A program made the position numbers and the translations under genes. Below the pieces are notes generated by a model. It worked only from the letters and a program-made list of their open reading frames with translations, was not told the DNA's origin and did not search any database. A stretch of DNA of 60,874 nt, counting the filler, from Nitrospinae bacterium RIFCSPLOWO2_12_FULL_45_22 (GTDB taxonomy: Bacteria > 2-12-FULL-45-22): the NCBI GenBank assembly GCA_001803565.1. It is 5 parts of 5 records of this genome, joined end to end, with 100 filler letters (N's around TTAATTAATTAA, not from the genome) between each part and the next. Parts side by side here need not be neighbours in the genome. Positions count along the whole stretch, not along the records: positions 55,334 to 60,874 come from MHDQ01000057.1; 4 more parts are not named here. One strand, 5' to 3'. Shown here piece after piece: positions 57,598 through 60,874 of this stretch (the stretch's first letter is position 1; each line of letters opens with the position of its first letter).

Positions 57598-57651
57598 CAC
57601 AAATCCCTCCTTATTAATCAGGTTAAAGATTAAAGATTCCAAATAAACCGA

Positions 57652-59010
57652 TCAACTATTTCTTCTCATTAATGATCTAAATAGATAAACTAACATTCCT
57701 TTTATCCCGGAATTGAGCCGGAACAACCCAATGGAATAGGTTTTTCGGGCTATTTTTAGGCACTGAAGGGGGGTATAAAAGCGCTTGTAAATCCGTTTCC
57801 TAATTCTCTTCAGCTCTTTCTTACCATATTTTTGAGAATAGATCCCATTGTCTGCCCCTATGTAATATCCATTAGTATCCTTAATGACAGCGTTCAGGGG
57901 AGAATATTTCTCGGTCCTGAGTATGCTTAAGTCCATGGTATCAGTCCCTATCTCTTTAGCAAAACCGCTGATTTTCATCATATCTTCCTCGTTCTCTCCG
58001 ATATTACCTACGATGAAAAAGCTATGGATATGAAAATTATATTTGGTTATGATTTGAAATGCCTTGCGCACATAAGAGATATCAAATCCCTTATTAATCT
58101 CCTTCAGGGTCTTATCCTTTGCCGATTCTATCCCAAAGCTTAAAATTCTAAAACCTGCCTCATACATCTTCTTTAAAATATCGGGCCTTTCACATATCTC
58201 TAACCGCAAGGTTAGCATAAATAACTTCCTTATACCTTCCTCCTGGATCAAATGGCATATCTGCTCCACCCTCTCTAAATCTACGGCAAAATTGTCGTCC
58301 ACAAACATTATCATCTCAGCTTCTATGGTCTTCAACTCGGCTATCACTGATTCAGGGGACCTTCCCGACCAGGGCCTCTTCTCCCCCAGGGGGTTTTTAC
58401 TGAAGGTACAAAATTTACAGGAAAAGGGACATCCCCTTGAGGTCGCCATAAAATCGATATTGTAGCCAAGATACATCCCCTTGAAGGATAGACGATATTT
58501 ATTCCGCCTCAGTTTTCTGAGGGGGAAGATTGTATCACTCAAGGAGGTTAGTTTACGTGAGGGATTGTGAATCACCTTAGTACCGTTTTTATAGGAAATG
58601 CCTGTTATATCTTCAACCGCAACATCCTCAACCAGTTCCCTGATGATCTCCTCTCCATCGCCCCTCACTATTACATCTATTGCCGGGTAGTCCTGGAAAA
58701 GCTCTTCCACATAAATCGTTGCGGTTCTCCCTCCCACAACCAAGGTTTTATCCCTGGGGATTCGGTCTATTAGCGCTCCCAGGGCAGCTTTTTCCCGGGG
58801 CCAGTTGACACTTATACATACTAGATCTGTGTCTCCCATTAGATATTGCATAAAATTCCTATTAAATCTCATATCTACCAGGGTTATATCCCCGACCGAC
58901 CCCTCCATGGAGGCGGCAATATATTCCAGGCCCAGAGGGGGGGCATATTCTTTCTTGGCATGTCCTTCTTCGTAAGGGAAGACACAGACAGCATGGTTAT
59001 ATTTCACCAT
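57652..59010 (-). CDS. B12-binding radical SAM protein (copy 2)
   Basis: PPLGLEYIAA, VVGG, RGDGE, SRGCPFSCKFC, DDNF, FGIES. Confidence 0.92.
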   Translation of the reverse strand: MVKYNHAVCVFPYEEGHAKKEYAPPLGLEYIAASMEGSVGDITLVDMRFNRNFMQYLMGDTDLVCISVNWPREKAALGALIDRIPRDKTLVVGGRTATIYVEELFQDYPAIDVIVRGDGEEIIRELVEDVAVEDITGISYKNGTKVIHNPSRKLTSLSDTIFPLRKLRRNKYRLSFKGMYLGYNIDFMATSRGCPFSCKFCTFSKNPLGEKRPWSGRSPESVIAELKTIEAEMIMFVDDNFAVDLERVEQICHLIQEEGIRKLFMLTLRLEICERPDILKKMYEAGFRILSFGIESAKDKTLKEINKGFDISYVRKAFQIITKYNFHIHSFFIVGNIGENEEDMMKISGFAKEIGTDTMDLSILRTEKYSPLNAVIKDTNGYYIGADNGIYSQKYGKKELKRIRKRIYKRFYTPLQCLKIARKTYSIGLFRLNSGIKGMLVYLFRSLMRRNS

Positions 59011-59189
59011 AATTCAATAACCTCAAATTATTCATTGTTTGGTATGAAAACAGATTTTCATGCTTGTTGGCGACCCGCTAGGGTCATGGAAGTTTTTAAA
59101 GAAAAAATAACTCTTTGTGCCTTTGTGGCTAACACAAGTTTTCATAGTATACTTTTTTATGAAACCCTCTACCAGTCTTAATAAACCGA

Positions 59190-60548
59190 TCAACTATTTC
59201 TTCTCATTAATGATCTAAATAGATAAACTAATATCCATTTTATCCCGGAACTGAGCCGGAACAATCCAATGGAATAGTTTTTTCTGGCTATCTTTAGGCA
59301 CTGAAGGGGTGTATAAAACCGATTGTGAATCCGTTTCCTAATTCTCTTCAGTTCTTTCTTCCCATATTTTTGAGAATAGACCCCATTGTCTGCCCCTATG
59401 TAATAGCCATCAGTATCCTTAATGACATCGTTCAGGGGAGAATATTTTTCGGTCCTGAGTATGCTTAAGCCCAGGGTATCAATCCCTATCTCTTTAGCAA
59501 AACCGCTGATTTTCAGCATATCTTCCTCGTTCTCTCCGATATTACCTACAATAAAATAGCTATGGATATAAAAATTATATTTGGCTATGATTTGAAAGGC
59601 CTTCCGCACAGATGAAATATCAAATCCCTTATTAATCTCCTTCAGGGTCTTATCCTTTGCCGATTCTATCCCAAAGCTTAAAATTCTAAAACCTGCCTCA
59701 TACATCTTTTTTAAAATGTCGGGTCTTTCACATATCTCTAACCGCAAGGCTAACATCAGTAACTTCTTTATGCCTTCCGCCTGGATCAAATCACATATCT
59801 GCTCCACCCTCTCTAAATCTACGGCAAAATTGTCGTCCACAAGCATTATCATCTCAGCTTCTATGGTCTTCAACTCGGCTATCACTGATTCAGGGGACCT
59901 TCCCGACCAGGGCCTCTTCTCCCCCAGGGGGTTTTTACTGAAGGTACAAAATTTACAGGAAAAGGGACATCCCCTTGAGGTCGCCATAAAATCTATGTTG
60001 TATCCAAGGTCTATCCTCTTGAGGGATAGACAATATTTATTCCGCCTCAGTTTTCTGAGGGGGAAGATATTGTCACTCAAGGAGGTTAGTTTACGTGGGG
60101 GATTGTGAATCACCTTATTACCATTTTTATAGGAAATTCCTGTTATATCTTCAACCGCAACATCCTCAACTAGCTCCCTGATGACCTCCTCCCCATCGCC
60201 CCGCACTATTACATCTATTGCCGGGTAGTCCCGGAAAAGCTCTTCCACATAAGTCGTTGCAGTTCTACCTCCCACAACCAAGGTTTTATCCCTGGGGATT
60301 CGGTCTATTATCGCTCCCAGGGCAGCCTTTTCCCGGTCCCAGTTGACACTTATGCATACTAGGTCTGTGTCTCCCCTTAGATATTTCATAAAATCCTTAT
60401 CAAATCTCATATCTACCAGGGTTATATCCCCGACCAACCCCTCCATGGAGGCGGCAATATATTCCAGGCCCAGAGGGGGGGCATATTCTTTCTTGGCATG
60501 TCCTTCTTCGTAAGGGAAGATACAGACAGCATGGTTATATTTCACCAT
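59190..60548 (-). CDS. B12-binding radical SAM protein (copy 1)
   Basis: Same motifs and 452-aa length as the adjacent paralogue. Confidence 0.92.
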   Translation of the reverse strand: MVKYNHAVCIFPYEEGHAKKEYAPPLGLEYIAASMEGLVGDITLVDMRFDKDFMKYLRGDTDLVCISVNWDREKAALGAIIDRIPRDKTLVVGGRTATTYVEELFRDYPAIDVIVRGDGEEVIRELVEDVAVEDITGISYKNGNKVIHNPPRKLTSLSDNIFPLRKLRRNKYCLSLKRIDLGYNIDFMATSRGCPFSCKFCTFSKNPLGEKRPWSGRSPESVIAELKTIEAEMIMLVDDNFAVDLERVEQICDLIQAEGIKKLLMLALRLEICERPDILKKMYEAGFRILSFGIESAKDKTLKEINKGFDISSVRKAFQIIAKYNFYIHSYFIVGNIGENEEDMLKISGFAKEIGIDTLGLSILRTEKYSPLNDVIKDTDGYYIGADNGVYSQKYGKKELKRIRKRIHNRFYTPLQCLKIARKNYSIGLFRLSSGIKWILVYLFRSLMRRNS

Positions 60549-60634
60549 ATCTAAACACTCCCAAGGTCTTCATAATAAAAAAAGTTCCTGGCTAAAGTAG
60601 GAGCCATCGTGGAGGACCTCTTTAAGTCTTAAAG

Positions 60635-60874
60635 CTACCTTATCCTGCCAGCCATCTGCTCCAGCCTCTCTACCCTCTCTTCTATTGGGGGATGGGTACT
60701 GAAAAGTTTCATTAACCCACCACCGGTTAAGGGGTTGACAATAAACATATGGGCAGTAGCCGGGTTGGCTTCCATCGGGGTTAATTGCACTCCTCTCTGC
60801 AATTTTTTCAAAGCCGCGGCCAGATAGAGGGGATTGCCTGATATACTTGCCCCGCCCGCATCGGCCAGGTATTC
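60635..60874 (-). CDS. htpX: Zinc metalloprotease HtpX, C-terminal part (runs off window end)
   Basis: Own translation [25 protein letters not shown]...[11 protein letters not shown]...[15 protein letters not shown]. Confidence 0.88.
   Translation of the reverse strand, partial: EYLADAGGASISGNPLYLAAALKKLQRGVQLTPMEANPATAHMFIVNPLTGGGLMKLFSTHPPIEERVERLEQMAGRIR

Overview
The window joins five contig pieces (1-17682, 17783-33903, 34004-46033, 46134-55233, 55334-60874) with artificial 100-nt N/TTAATTAATTAA linkers. Gene content suggests an anaerobic diderm bacterium; the lineage is not determined. Metabolic and housekeeping blocks include a wzm/wzt/GT4 polysaccharide export locus, a BzdNO-type benzoyl-CoA reductase cluster, glgC/CBS/dodecin, a heme-c two-component system, ilvC-pyrK-pyrD, moeA, tolQR-tonB, etfA with a MoxR-vWA fusion, an MMPL transporter, a sigma54-led amt-glnB-glnA operon, a HAO-like multiheme cytochrome, hflKC and a tandem pair of B12 radical-SAM genes. 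The most unusual region is a 13-kb type I restriction-modification defence island (19.8-32.6 kb): hsdR-radC-four-helix-bundle-HTH fragment-orphan-hsdS-Gabija-MNT/HEPN-hsdM. It is threaded by one family of stop-codon-free heptamer palindromes, (AATGCGG)n...(TCCGCAW)n. These sit in frame inside hsdR and hsdM, overwrite part of the hsdS coiled coil, supply start codons at gene junctions and bracket the four-helix-bundle (IVP/Avd-fold) gene. Intergenic DNA carries IS66-like MITE shells (GTAAC termini, 8-bp target duplications) with nested palindromic cargo, and a deleted group IIC intron relic.
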